A DNA stretch of 64,000 bases from a virus. Where the stretch lies: positions 32,001 through 96,000 of IMG/VR virus record IMGVR_UViG_3300042453_002354; one strand, written 5' to 3'. The notes under the pieces are model-generated. The model did no database searches. It had not been told where the DNA came from and worked only from the letters and a program-made list of their open reading frames with translations. Both the position numbers and the translations under genes were made by a program. Positions 62,999 through 64,000 of this stretch are shown here, piece by piece (within the stretch, counting starts at the first letter, position 1; every line of letters begins with the position of its first letter).

Positions 62999-64000
62999 TT
63001 AAATCTTTATAATATAATTTAATACTATGTATGGTGGGTTTGCGGAGAAACTTGTTCCGGGCCCTGGCGCAGAAATCTGTCCTGTGGTATTTGTAGATCT
63101 ACCTAAAGATGTGATATTACTATCACCAGAAACGCCTCCTGTAACCTTTCCTATCTTACCAGTGAAAGATCCGGTTGGATGAGTATGCTCTCCGTTACTT
63201 GAGCTATTACCAGTAAATGCAGGAATATTTATTGTATGCTGGTGAGAGGAATTAGTTCCTGGTACAGTACCTCTTACAACGTGGTCGTGTGTAGAACCTG
63301 TTGTGCTTATTGACACAGAAGACAAATTGTGTGTATGTGTAGCACTTTCTGTTGTAGTTGTTACGGTTAAATCGTGATCGTGATCTCCATCATAATTGGC
63401 CGAATTCGCTCTTAAATTTTTATCCGAAGACAATCCACTGCTTACAGTTCCAATCACAAAGTGATAATTAGTCGATGACCCAATATTTCCAGCACGTTCA
63501 ATATCAATCGTTGAAACTGAGTGAGTATGATTTGCAAGTCCAGTACCAGTTTCTGTAATTGCATCGGCGGCGTGTGTGTGATTAACTGAGTTTGCGCTAG
63601 TGGTTCCTGATAATTCGTGAGTATGTGCAGGATTTCTAGCTGATAAAACCCCAGAGATTGCCAATTGTTCAGATGATGCAAAAACTTGTCTACTCACTGA
63701 AGATGTGTCACCTACGCTACCCAGAACGTGTTCGTGTGATCCTTCTGTTAAAGATGTTGAAAATGTGGTATGAGTGTGTGACGTTGAAGTACTATGAGTA
63801 CCAGAATTTACAGTAATCGCTAAATTTGATCCATTTGATATGTTATGTTCGTGATGATGAGCAGGGACTAAATGAGTGTGTGAGTCATCGTGTGTATGAT
63901 CGGGTAATTCGTGAAAATGATCGAACTGGCCTCCTGTGGCACCCAGAATGTTTGTAGGTGCCGATGCAGATTTACCGATAGGAATTCTTTGTCTTAAATC
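62999..64000 (-). CDS. Tail-collar fiber with His-x-His needle, 5' end outside window
   Basis: Frame is open to 64000: DLRQRIPIG (collar end)..DHFH..DHTHDDSHTH..HHHEH..SHTH..SHEH, then 8 more HxH, ending NPPYIVLNYIIK. Confidence 0.85.
   Translation of the reverse strand, partial: DLRQRIPIGKSASAPTNILGATGGQFDHFHELPDHTHDDSHTHLVPAHHHEHNISNGSNLAITVNSGTHSTSTSHTHTTFSTSLTEGSHEHVLGSVGDTSSVSRQVFASSEQLAISGVLSARNPAHTHELSGTTSANSVNHTHAADAITETGTGLANHTHSVSTIDIERAGNIGSSTNYHFVIGTVSSGLSSDKNLRANSANYDGDHDHDLTVTTTTESATHTHNLSSVSISTTGSTHDHVVRGTVPGTNSSHQHTINIPAFTGNSSSNGEHTHPTGSFTGKIGKVTGGVSGDSNITSLGRSTNTTGQISAPGPGTSFSANPPYIVLNYIIKI

Noticed and set aside
1-64000. Stop-codon reassignment, tRNA or rRNA genes, integrase or transposase
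   Set aside because: Core genes are full length in the standard code; no cloverleaf or recombinase motifs were found by eye. A tRNAscan-SE/Infernal run would settle the RNA question.

Overview
A 64-kb stretch of a large, AT-rich T4-like myovirus genome, almost all on the minus strand. Core gene order matches the cyanomyovirus/pelagimyovirus type: fibers, 13-14-15-16-17-18-19-20-21-22-23-3-uvsY-uvsW-55-47-46-45-44-62-regA-43-uvsX-41, with no gp24 after gp23 and no photosynthesis genes in view. T4-type late promoters (TATAAATA and NATAAATA variants), sigma70-type promoters and intrinsic terminators can be read directly. Main points of interest: (1) a late operon with an ATP-dependent-ligase-fold protein and a HIGH-type nucleotidyltransferase, plus a HAD phosphatase among the neck genes; several of these start like the T4 capsid-targeting sequence, which suggests a virion-delivered enzyme set; (2) a family of at least 8 proteins sharing one ~70-aa domain, six of them also sharing an N-terminal Q(I/L)RGN(K/T)QI leader, with swappable payloads including three RCC1 propellers; (3) a gp43 polymerase split in the fingers without an intein, with two genes and a promoter between the halves; (4) an orphan MqsA/YgiT zinc-ribbon and a secreted GH5 inserted between gp21 and gp22; (5) a cluster of GAA-loop, sheared G.A DNA hairpins upstream of gp55 (origin candidate); (6) a DruA/DUF4338-like gene between gp45 and gp44. 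No tRNA, rRNA, CRISPR array, reverse transcriptase, integrase or transposase was seen. All assignments come from motif recognition and synteny; no database searches were run.
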